From Asterias rubens (taxonomy: Eukaryota): 64,000 nucleotides of DNA. The translations under genes were made by a program, and so were the position numbers. Shown piece after piece: positions 51,672 through 62,331 of this stretch. Numbering within the stretch: the stretch's first letter is position 1; each line of letters starts with the position of its first letter. The stretch is taken from positions 4,712,001 through 4,776,000 of the forward strand of contig NC_047081.1 in NCBI RefSeq assembly GCF_902459465.1, read 5' to 3'. Under the pieces are notes generated by a model. It made no database searches. It saw only the letters and a program-made list of their open reading frames with translations, and was not told the DNA's origin.

Positions 51672-52306
51672 GACAAACGAAATTGTCTTATTTCTTTGCT
51701 TCAAAAGTAATGAATACTATAGAACATGGCGTACTTGCTGTCGTTGAATCGAAAAATTACGCGATTTGGCGTGTGTATGTATGATGTATTTTGATTGTTA
51801 GAGAATTCAATCGGGCTAAGATTATCTGTTCCTTTGAAATTATTGTAAAAGCTCCCAGAGTAACATGACAATACGTATCCTGTTATGCTTGCTAGTAATC
51901 AAGTATAATGGGCATCTTACATCTCACTATCTGTATTATCAGGCTCGTGTTTCCAATCTACGTGTTAATGCAACGTGAATGTCAAGGAGACTAATCTGGC
52001 TACCATTTACCACAATCATTACGTTATTAGAAACTGACACTGGGTTCCAGACATGCTTAGAAAACACCATTAAACTGCACCTTAAGCTATATTACTATTA
52101 GGCGATTTCAGATTTTCCGTACCAGCAAAAAGGGAAACTATTTATGCGGTTGAAGTGTTTAAGTATCTGACATTCTGGCAAATGTCATTATTGTTACATC
52201 TCGTTGCACGTTTTTGAGTTGAGGTGGAATTTTGATGCATTTTTATGTATGGTGGTAGTTGACTCATTTTCATATTTTCTTTTCCTTTTTGGCCATAGGT
52301 CTGGAC

Positions 52307-52548
52307 ATGAGCATGTATACAACGACGGATAACCGCCTTGGACCCTTCACAGTCATGCATTCGCTGAGTATGGTGTTCATTTTACTGCTGGTCGCCTTCT
52401 CCAGGCTGGCAATGAGCCAACCATTTCCATCTCGCGACGAGGAATTATTCATCCATCAAATGTCAAACCCAGAGTCAGTTGCGGACACGAAGCTGCTTCC
52501 AGATGGAGCTGAGACAAAAGACTACGTTTTTCAAGACTCACGTAAATT
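52307..52548 (+). CDS. NDNF: NDNF-like secreted protein, coding exon 1 (signal peptide and N-terminus)
   Basis: Polypyrimidine tract and acceptor (ttttctttttccttttt ggccatag|g; exon starts 52299), ATG at 52307, donor tt|GTAAGT at 52549 (phase 2). Translation MSMYTTTDNRLGPFTVMHSLSMVFILLLVAFSRLAMSQPFPSRDEELF...LLPDGAETKDYVFQDSRK. It has a hydrophobic signal peptide, and PSRDEELF / PDGAE match my recollection of vertebrate NDNF (PTRDEELF / PDGAE). The true start could be 52307, 52313, 52355 or 52370. Confidence 0.93.
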
Positions 52549-53091
52549 GTAAGTATGTTTGTAATGGCGTCTGTTTTAAAGCAGTGGTCTTTTTGTGTCA
52601 GCGTTCAGTAAGTTTGCAACTTGTGTAAGCTATCGCACACGATTTCTGAACCGCGTTTGATTAATACATGAGTTGACTTCCCTTTCAAGATTTGCAAATT
52701 TGCTCTCAACCCCTTTTTGTGTTTTCTGTTTTCTGGGTCTACAATGGGTCATCATTTCTTCTTTGTTTTAACATCATACTCTATGGTTTTAGCAAGCTGA
52801 CCTTTCAGTCAAATCCCCACCCTATACAAATAGTGCTTTCACTGGAGCTACAGGTAAAACAAATATTTTAAATCGGGCAGCTTATTCTTTGACATTCGAA
52901 AAATGCAGAAATCCCCCCATGGGACCAATGAAAATATTATCTCTAACCTCGCCTTGACCCTTAGTGTTACCCGGTCCTGGGTGATGTGACCCCCATCAGC
53001 AACCGCTACCCTTGCCGTGTCTGCACAGTGTGTGTAATAGACTCGGTCTCACTGCTAAGTCTGTTCAAACTTGGCACCAACTAAGAATGAT

Positions 53092-53429
53092 TTAAAGGCA
53101 TAAAAGCATAAAACCTTTCTTGGTGACGAGTAATGGGAAGAGGTTGATGGTATAAAACAATGTGAGAAACGGCTCCGTCTGAAGTGCCACAGTTTTCGAG
53201 AATTTTGATTTCGAGACCTCAAGTCTAGAACTTGAGGTCTCGAAATCAACCATCCAAACGCACACAACTTCGTGTGACAAGGGTGTTTTTTTCTTTCATT
53301 ATTATCTCGCAACTTCGATGACCGATTGAGCTCAAATTTTCACATGTTAGTTATTTTATGCATATGTTGAGATACACCAACTATGAAGACTAGTCTTTGA
53401 CAATTACAAATAGTGTCCACTGCCTTTAA
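53092..53429 (-). mobile_element. Family A MITE in the first NDNF coding intron
   Basis: TTAAAGGCA start with a deletion; 20-bp-arm central hairpin; ends aatagtgtccactgcctTTAA. Confidence 0.92.
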
Positions 53430-54084
53430 AATGAAGAGGTGTAGGTGCAATGATTAGTGTTTTTAACACCTCAATAATATTCAATCAGAGCATGATCAAA
53501 GATACGTTGATCTCCACATATCCGTTTGTCTCTCGACCTACTTACAGTGACTGGTACAAGTCCTGCTAAGGATGTTGTGATTGAATAATTACTATAATTT
53601 GCTTATTCGTCAGTTCCTAAAACCATCTTGTTAAACACCTAAACAACGTTAACACAACGTGTTAAGATCGCACGTTTATTAGTGCGGGTGAAAGTTTTCT
53701 CGCGTTCCCGTGGGAAATAAAGGTGTGAAATCCGTTTGTTTTGATCGTCAAATTGACCGGATTCCCGGAAGCCTGAAGCCAGGTTAAACAGTACGATGTA
53801 TATAGCCATGGTGCAGCCACAGAGGGATGTTCCTTCCTCCACGGTTGTTCCATGATCAACGTGGGAAAAAGTTGATCAGCTTTTTGCGGTTTGTTTTGTG
53901 TTCTTCATTCAACACCTTTAATGTTGGGACGCACCTATGAAATTGTTTTGTTGTTGTTGCATACACAAAATCGTTGGCAAGCTAACTTGGATTTCCAATC
54001 CAACTTGATCACCCAGACCGCCAGACAGACCATTGAGCAAGGACAAGACCTTATAGTCCTATGCTCAGACATTGTAGAATTGGT

Positions 54085-54451
54085 TTAAAGGCCCTGGACA
54101 CTGTTGGTAACTACTCAAAATAATTGTTAGCATGAAAGTTTACTTGGCAACGTGCAATGGCAAACTGTTGATAGTATACAACATTGTGAGAAAAGGCTCC
54201 CTCTGAAGTATCGTAGTTTTTGAGAAAGAATTAGTTTTTCACTAAAATATACCTCGCTGAGGTCTCGGACTCATTGCATCTAAAAGCACACAACTTGTGC
54301 GAAAAGGGTGTTTATTCTGCCGTTAAGCTCGTAACTTCGACGACCAATTGAGTTCAAACTTTCACAGGTTTGTTATTTTATGCACATGTTGAGATACACT
54401 AATTGAGAATACTGGTCTTTGACAATTACTAATGGTGTCCACTGCTCTTAA
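54085..54451 (-). mobile_element. Family A MITE in the first NDNF coding intron
   Basis: TTAAAGGCCCTGGACACTGTTGGTAACTACTC...GGTGTCCACTGCTCTTAA. Confidence 0.9.
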
Positions 54452-55070
54452 CATCGTCGGTACGGTGAACTTGAAAGCAATGCCAAACCATGGGAAAATG
54501 GCACTGTGCAAATAAACTGTTTACCGCTTGGGCGTGAAGTTGATGATCAATCATGGCGTCCTGCCAGAAAGCCTGAAACCTGCAAAGAGAAACATCAAGC
54601 TTTAACACCAGGGATCTGCTTGTAATCATTTTATTCATGTCTGATCCAGTAATCCAACAGAATTTACAGAAACATGCATTTGGATTCGGATGGGTTGGGT
54701 TGGTAATTAATTTATTATAGAAATTAAGGACCGTTTAGTTGGTGTGGTTAGGTGCATTCACTTATAACCAAGCTACTTTAGTTTCCGTAAAAAGGAAGGT
54801 TTGATTTCAAGAAGATTGTGATCATATCAATTCTCATGAACTTAATTGTATCTGGTGAAATGGACAGCTACCATAACAAGTCTCGGATACAGTCATAATT
54901 CGTCTTCAAACTGTTCTTTCTGTATTTGTTCATTAATAAGCGTGTGTTCTGACTCTGTTTGGTTTTTGTCATAATACGAACACTTCCCCTACATCTGAAA
55001 CAGTTATATCAGATATTAAAATATTGGACATGTTCCAATATTTTTCTATATACAATTAACTTGTAAGCGC

Positions 55071-55225
55071 TTAAAGGCACTAGACAATATTGGTAATTAC
55101 TGAAAATAATTGTCAACATCAAAACTGATTTGGTAACGAATAAGTAATGGAGAGCTGTTGATAGTATTTATTGTGAGAAACGCCCCCCTCTGAAGAACAC
55201 ATATATTTTAGAAAGAGGTCAATTT
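55071..55225 (-). mobile_element. Family A MITE, left part only
   Basis: TTAAAGGCACTAGACAATATTGGTAATTACTG...gtgagaaacgcccccctctgaag. Confidence 0.8.
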
Positions 55226-55489
55226 TATTTGATATGTTTTGTTTGCTTTTTAAATGTTCTGTTACTTTATATATAAATTAAAAGTAACATGTGATTTTAT
55301 TTTATTAAAGATATTTATTGCCGAAAGTCTCAAGCGGTTATGTCCTCGCCTAGGGCGAACAATCCATACTTGGAATACACAATCTGAGAAACGTTTCATA
55401 CAGAAATGGTTCTCAAATTCAAATTTGTTTTGAATCCCTCACTCTCTAAAAGTAAAACCACATTCCTTTGTAGGGAATGTTATTCAAAA

Positions 55490-55531
55490 GTTTGTTTGTT
55501 TGTTTGTTTGTTTGTTTGTTTGTTTGTTTGT
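55490..55531. repeat. (GTTT)n microsatellite
   Basis: About 10 gttt units. Confidence 0.95.
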
Positions 55532-55756
55532 TGTTCGTGTGAATGATCTTCACACATCAAGGGAACTCGGTAAACTCCCAAAAAGGGTTATAAACACCAA
55601 GCTGGCAACAACCAATCTCTCTCATACAAACATTGGTTTAACGTCTATGACTATAAATTACACAAATCAAGAAATTTTGATTCAGTAACCAATTTATTCC
55701 TCCATGCTATAGACGACAATATTTATTCTAGTCATTGTGATATCAGTGGTTATCAT

Positions 55757-55823
55757 GGGGGATTTGAACCCACAACCTTGTGATTGCAAGTCATGCAATC
55801 TAGCCACTTGACCACGGTGACAT
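55757..55823 (-). mobile_element. tRNA-derived SINE head
   Basis: Reverse complement gtggtcaagtggctag...ggttgtgggttcaaatccc. Confidence 0.55.
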
Positions 55824-55970
55824 TATCAACAGAAACCACATTATACAGCTACATTGTTTCTTACCAAGTGTGTTTTGTTTGATCGTTATTTTTTTGAGTA
55901 ATACCAAAGGTACGAACACCGGGTTAAGACTCTGATATTGATGTTGTGATGTGATTTGTTCTTGCAACAG

Positions 55971-56089
55971 TTTTTACTTCCTAGTAGAAGAAGACAGCGC
56001 CCCTGTAGCGATAACAGTCACACCTTGTGCAGCTGAACTGCAGTGGACTTTGTCTCTCATGGATTTACCTGAAGATGGAAGCGGATCAA
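55971..56089 (+). CDS. NDNF: NDNF-like, coding exon 2
   Basis: Acceptor ttcttgcaacag| at 55970, donor a|GTATGT at 56090. Phase 2 in and phase 1 out fit both neighbouring exons. Translation (F)FYFLVEEDSAPVAITVTPCAAELQWTLSLMDLPEDGSGS resembles recalled human YFFVVEEDNTPLSVTVTPCDAPLEWKLSLQELPED. Too short for the ORF track. Confidence 0.93.
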
Positions 56090-56282
56090 GTATGTAGATT
56101 ACTCTAATCAAATTCATGTCAAGTTTTGCTGTAAACTGTCTAAGGTTTTGATTTAACTCACTTTTTTGTGTAAATTATTATTATTATTATGGTTTATTAA
56201 AAAAAACTGCTCATTGCAGCCTACTTGCTGAATTACAAAACAGTATACATTAAAATGAAAACGAAAAAAAACCCGCATATAA

Positions 56283-56605
56283 TTAAAGGCAGTGGACACA
56301 ATTGGTAATTACTCAAAATAATTATTGACATAAAACCTTACTTGATGTATAGTTTTAGAGAAAGACATAATTTTCCGGCAATTTGATTTCGAGACCTCAG
56401 ATTTAGAACTTGAGGTCTCGAAATCAACCTCTAAACGCACACAACTTCGTGTGACAAGGGTGTTTTTTCTTTCATTATTATCTCGCTAGTTTGATGACCG
56501 ATTGAGCTCAAATTTTCACAGGTTTGTTATTTTATGCTTATGTTGAGATACACCAGCTGTGAAGGCTAGTCTTTGATAATTACCAATAGTGTCTTCTGCC
56601 TTTAA
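56283..56605 (-). mobile_element. Family A MITE in the second NDNF coding intron
   Basis: TTAAAGGCAGTGGACACAATTGGTAATTACTC...aattaccaatagtgtcttctgcctTTAA; central hairpin intact. Confidence 0.93.
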
Positions 56606-56949
56606 GCAGAGAGGCAACTTTCAAATTAACGTTACCCATCTCCGCCCCCTCCCACCACAACTCACTCAAGAGGGTTTAAACGTAAATTTCGACACTTAAA
56701 TCAATACAATTTAAACGAAACATTACTACAGAGGGATTCAAACATTTAACCTCTGGATAAACATACCAGTGTGTCTTCTTGCCGTCTTATTTGTAATCAT
56801 AGCATTACAATACAATGGGAAGCGGCAGCAGAGAGATAACCTCAACAAGATGAAACTTTTTATTTCAAGTATCGAGTAATAAATTACGAGGGAAACCCAC
56901 TGTTTGACTTTTATACAGAAAATTTTAAGCGAGATCAATACATGTCAAT

Positions 56950-57247
56950 TTAAAGGCACTGGACACTATTGGTAATTACTTAAAAATATTTGTTATCATA
57001 CAAAAATAACTTGGTAACGAGCAATGGAGGGCTGTTGATATAAAACAAAACAAAACAAAATAATTGTGAGAAGCGGCTCCCTCTGAAGTAAAGTAGTTTT
57101 TGAGAAAGAGGTACATTTCCTACCCGATATGTTAAAAGACTTCAGACCTGAAGCTCTTTTTGTCATTTTATTTTTGTATGTTTATTGGGATACAGCAAGT
57201 GAGAATACTGGTCTTTGACAATAACCAAAGGTGTCCAGTGCCTTTAT
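56950..57247 (-). mobile_element. Family A MITE in the second NDNF coding intron (short-hairpin subfamily)
   Basis: TTAAAGGCACTGGACACTATTGGTAATTAC...ccaaaggtgtccagtgccttta. Confidence 0.88.
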
Positions 57248-57609
57248 TTAAGAGCCAACCACCCCTTTGTCCTAAAGAAAACAACAACTTGAAGTAATGT
57301 TGGTCTTCTCATCAACTGTTCAGTTTCATCCTCTACTTCCCCATCTTTTGTATGTTCTTGTTGTCGTTTGTAGTCGTTTTCGTTCATTATCTCTGTGCTA
57401 TCGATATTCCCCATGTTAATTTGTGTGGGTTTTACTTCGTTCTCATTACTTGCTGTTGCCGTCGTTCTTGTTCTTATACTCCCAGTCTTATTCTTGCCTA
57501 TTACTGCGTAACAGGTTAGCACGATCGGTGTGCAAATACGAACATTATAACAATGTGATCTCTTATTACATCAATGGTTCATTAATTGAACGTGTTTTTT
57601 TTTCTACAG

Positions 57610-58982
57610 GTGACGATCAATTGAGTGAACAGCGCCCTCGCCGACATCCAAACGCAAAGGTTGGTACTGTGGTGAAGACCTACACTGGGTATGACGTCAG
57701 CACATACGTCACCTACAACTCTCCAGCTGGAATTTACACCCTGGAGATCCACAGTTTAGAGAAGAGCACGAGTGTGCAAATCTATGCCACCACGACCCCG
57801 GATTCAGACCACTTGTACCCAGAGTTGCCCACCGACCCACGGCTTGACATCACTTCATTTAGGAAGAATAAGGTGTCATTAGCTTGGAAACCAAGCCCCT
57901 CTGACGTGATCTATCGAGAGCCCATCGTGTATTGTGTTGCACTCAATCCAAGGCGTAATTACCATACATGGTGCAGTGTGCAATCATGTTTGTATGGGGA
58001 TGCTCCTCCAGCTCGTCCTCCCAATACAGGATTTGGCTTCGAGAACGAGAAAACCAAGAGAGATGAATATCGCCGAGATCGTAAACGAGATAAAGGAGGT
58101 CGGGATAGAGACAATGGGGAGGAAGATGATATCATTGTGGAATGTGTAGGAAAGAAGACACTGCACACATTCACCAACTTGGAACCGGCTCAGCGCTATT
58201 ACTTTGACCTTTTCGCGGTAGACGAGACCAATAACAGGAGTATTGCTTATACAGGGACCTCCATCATTACAAGACCAGGGCCAGCCACAAGAAAGTACAT
58301 TGCCCTCAAGGATGGTAACCTACGGACATCGTCAGTTCGTCGGTCGTCTCCTGTTAAAACATTCAACTTTAGTGTCGGTGAGACGGTCAAGGACGTCCTG
58401 GTCACCGTCCAACCCTGCACTGAATCCATCACGGCTGAGTTGTGGCGAGATGGAACCAAAATAAGAAGTTCTAACATCCGAGATCTGAAAGATTTCCGCG
58501 TACGTGAAGTAACGGGCGACATACAGGTCAAAGTGAAGAGTTTGCGCAGAGGGTCTACGCACTTCAGAATCTTCGCCACGACGAGACCAAACAAATACCC
58601 GTTTCCCCAATTGCCTGTTGACAAACGGATAAAAGTCTTTGAAAATCTGCGACAGTGTGATTCCATCACTCTGGCTTGGCTTAGCACGAAAGAGGTATCG
58701 CAGTACTGCCTGTACAAACGCGAAGATAGGCAGAAGAAGCGATCTAAGAAGAGTAATCGTGAGGGAAATACGCAGTGCCACGAACCAGACATGAGAAAGA
58801 GAACTGAAAAGGTGATTTGCCGACCTGTTAGTGGACCTGATACAGAGAGGGATGTACTCACGGAAACGGTTACCGGGCTAACACCGGGTACCACGTACGT
58901 CTTCGATGTTTATGTCAGCAGTTTTGGAAAGCAAACGCTGGCCTATAGGAGTGCCAGGGTTACAACGAAGAAGGTATGCTGA
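57610..58982 (+). CDS. NDNF: NDNF-like, coding exon 3 (FN3-like regions and C-terminal NDNF domain, ends KKVC-stop)
   Basis: Acceptor tttttttctacag|g at 57609 (phase 1), TGA at 58980-58982. Motifs YATTTPDSDHLYPELPTDPR, LAWKPSP, YYFDLF, FPQLPVDKRIKVFENLRQCDSITLAWL and a terminal Cys match NDNF. Spliced CDS is 242+119+1373=1734 nt, i.e. 577 aa plus stop. Confidence 0.96.
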
Positions 58983-60845
58983 TTCTTGATAGAGTCTGCC
59001 TCAATAAGACAGTTATTAAGTGAACTGTGTAATGTTGCCGTGGAAACGATGCAGATCCCTCCCCGAAGTACTTATCAAGTTAATGACGCAGACTCTTCGT
59101 GAGATTTTGTACGCCGAAGAGACCCGGTGAGACTATGAATACTTGTTTCAAGTATAAGAAACTGAGGGTGAAAAGTCATCCCAAACACGTATATTTCAAA
59201 AGAGGGCGCCCTTACAGTTGACCAGGATCTACTGTCATGATAGGGAAGCGGTTTGTTTGGTGAACGAGTGTTTGATTTTTTCTCTTTCGAAAGATTTCAC
59301 ATTGGATAAAATGAACACAGGAAAAAGACAATGACTTTGGCCGAGAGGCTGCATATAAACCGTAAAGCAGTATTCTTACAACGTTGTATGAGAAAAGTAT
59401 TGGGAAAGGACCGCAGAATGTGAACATTTGTAATTTATGATATTGTATATTATAAAGAATCATTCGTCGCTTCTTGTTCTTGAGTCGGTGTATATATTGT
59501 TTTATGAAAAGGACTAGTCAAGATTCGATGTTTTAGCGGAAAAGCAGATGTGGATAAAATGGAAGTCGAGTATGTGAAAGCTATAACCACTGCCGTAGTT
59601 ACCACAACTGTACATGCTATATAAAGTAATGGTGACTTCATTGTATCTCACTACAGCCATAATAGTATTGGTGGTATACAATACTGTTCATGAGTATCCT
59701 ATTCTATAAAATGTGCCTAGTTTATGTGCCCATTGACTTGTATGGTTAGGAATTTAGAAAGCCTAAATAGACAACCAAGGTCATGACGAAAAGTCAACAC
59801 AATCACTGGACAGCGAAGAGTGTTACGTCATAGACCGATACATAGGGTGCGTTCGATTAGCTTCCCATGGCGGACCCCGGTCTGCCCCCGGTACGTTCAA
59901 ATAGCTTCGACGTCATTCCAGGGGCTCACCCGGGCTACAGTGCCCTGCTCGTGGAACGGGTCACTTGGGGCAGGCCCGAGGTGCATGTCGTCACCACGAG
60001 AGGGCTAGTGTGACATAACACTCTTCGCGGTCAGGGGCCCACCCGAATGAGTACCGCGGGGTCGACCCAGGGAAGCTAATCGAACGCACGCATAAACTGG
60101 TGATTAATTGGGCATCATTGCAAAGGGGATAATGCCATGCCTGTAGTATACATCCATATCATCGTTTGTTGAGCTCAACAAACGCACATTATTACTAACC
60201 CAAAGGAAACTGTTCCAAAGACGTAATACCCGATCATGCACTGGTCACCAGACTAAAGCTCTAATAAGACAATGTAACTTGGCTCATAACTCGATTGTGA
60301 GCCAAGTGCCTGACTGAGTACATGTCATGAGACTGTTATAATTGCATTACCGAATCATCCTTCACAGCAAACTTCAAATACTTGACAATGAATAAGCATA
60401 ATGTATACTACTAAAACAGGGATCAGGTTTGAAAATTAATTTAGTTAAAATTAAGGCACCAACAACAAGTTCTGGAACCGCTTTATGTAAATAGTATTAA
60501 TGTATCGTGCATTATGCTGACTGTTAACTTGCACTATACTTACATTTGTAAATGTGTATATTTTTTCGAAGCACCCAATGGTTTTGTCAAATTCATTCAT
60601 TATTCTTTTTTGTATAAGTTCTCCTCATTAATTTTGCTTTATTGTTATTTAAAAAGTTATATTTTTTAGTTTAGGTATCCAAAGATGATTCCGACGTTTG
60701 TTTGTTTGTGATTTTCCTTTTATTTGTTTAACCAGACCATCAATACATTTTTCATCGGTCTAAAACGGCTTTTTGTAAATTTCAAATTTGTATTCTTTGA
60801 AAATGATCGTAATTTATAATAAAATGTGTATGAAATGCGGCCTGC
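58983..60845 (+). other. Putative NDNF 3' UTR with polyadenylation signal
   Basis: AATAAA at 60818-60823 is followed by a GT/T-rich tract (60890-60965). The end position is inferred. Confidence 0.4.
59845..60091. mobile_element. GC-rich 247-bp MITE with 22-bp TIRs in the putative NDNF 3' UTR
   Basis: gggtgcgttcgattagcttccc ... gggaagctaatcgaacgcacgc (1 mismatch), with ATA on both flanks (3-bp TSD). Confidence 0.85.
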
Positions 60846-61310
60846 AAGACTTCGACTTCAGTTAATCAATCCTTTTTGTGGCCAGTAATTTTGTTCTCTT
60901 CGGATTCGTTGTTGTTGTTGTTGTTGTTTGTTTTGTTTTATTATTGTTGCTGTTTTTGTTGTTGTTGGATTTTAAACGCCTTATGAAAGAGACGATTAAG
61001 TCCTACGGAATCTCAATTGCGAATTTAAACCTGGCATGTTTAAAAAGTATATTTTGTAAACGTAATCACCTTGTTTTTAATGTAAAAAGTGTGCAAATTT
61101 TAAAAATGAAAAAGTTATAAGTATGCATTGATGTTTGAATAATATGACTTCAATTGACTGGGTGTTTGTTGGATATCCTGATACCAGAGGGTGTTATTAT
61201 TGTTTGTATTGACCTGTGTGGCGTAGGCCATAATGTCATCCAAAACTTTAGAAAAACCTTTGGAACTTAGTCTTTCTATATGTTATAATTTGTTTTGAAA
61301 ATGTGAAATG

Positions 61311-61735
61311 GGTGCCAACCGCGAGCCAGTTAACCTCAATCCAGCTTACCGCGAACCAGCTAATATCAAACCAGCTAACCGCGAACCAGCTGATATCAAA
61401 CCAGCTAATCTCAAACCAGCTAACCGCGAACCAGCTAATCTCAAACCAGCTAACCGCGAACCAGCTAATCTCAAACCAGCTAACCGCGAACCATCTAATC
61501 TCAAACCAGCTAACCGCGAACCATCTAATCTCAAACCAGCTAACCGCGAACCAGCTAATATCAAACCAGCTAACCGCGAACCAGCTAATCACAAACCAGC
61601 TAACCGCGAACCAGCTAATATCAAACCAGCTAACCGCGAACCAGCTAATATCAAACCAGCTAACCGCGAACCAGCTAATGTCAAACCAGCTAACCGCGGA
61701 CCAGCTTACTGTGAACCAACACCGCGAACTAGCAA
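61311..61735. repeat. 30-bp (2 x 15-bp) tandem array, about 13 units
   Basis: aaaccagctaaccgc-gaaccagctaat(c/a)tc; both halves share aaccagctaa. Confidence 0.95.
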
Positions 61736-62133
61736 TAGAGAACATTTGGGACGCTTGGTGACAGAAGACTTACCAGGTTTAAAATTCCATTGTTCTCGGC
61801 GAGGTGCGCAGGCTCAATACTATGTAAGTAATGAAAATTTACCTGGTAAGTCTGCTGCCACCTAGCGTTCCTAAATCTCCCATTGAATTATGTACAAGGT
61901 CTGACACAAAATATGTTTTAAAGGTGGAAGCCTTTCTCCTCGTTCTCGCCAAACAAAATATTGTTTCTCAACCACTTGAATATCTTGTACCTTTTCACAG
62001 AAACTCAAACATTAAAATTAAAAACTTTGAATTAAAATGGTGAAGATGTAAATCTGGGGAGGTGAGATAGAACATTATGTTTGACCGCAATGCGTTGAGT
62101 CTGCAATTAGAGATGGTTTACAAGTCAGTAAAC

Positions 62134-62331
62134 GGGGCCCAAATTAAAAAAGCCTGCAAGCACAACAACCTGCTAAGCACAGAATAGTATTGATTAGCAA
62201 AAACAGGTTAACAGCCAAAATTACGTTAAGTTTTCTTTGCTGTGGCTGGTGCCCCACTTAATTTTTGCTAGGCAAAGAAATAATTAGTCGAGCAGTATTT
62301 TCTGCTTTTAACAGCTTTATGAAATTGGGCA
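62134..62331. mobile_element. Family C MITE
   Basis: ggggcccaaatt... at the left; cagctttatgaaattgggc at the right. Confidence 0.6.

Noticed and set aside
19447-53312. Recurrent short ORFs starting MRDNNERK... or MSSIGRRSCEI...
   Set aside because: Translations of the same family A MITE interior; no transposase motifs.
57423-57609. N-terminal 62 aa of the 519-aa ORF-track protein (MWVLLRSHYLL...)
   Set aside because: Intron read-through. NDNF similarity starts after the acceptor at 57609, and the phases fit splicing from 56089.
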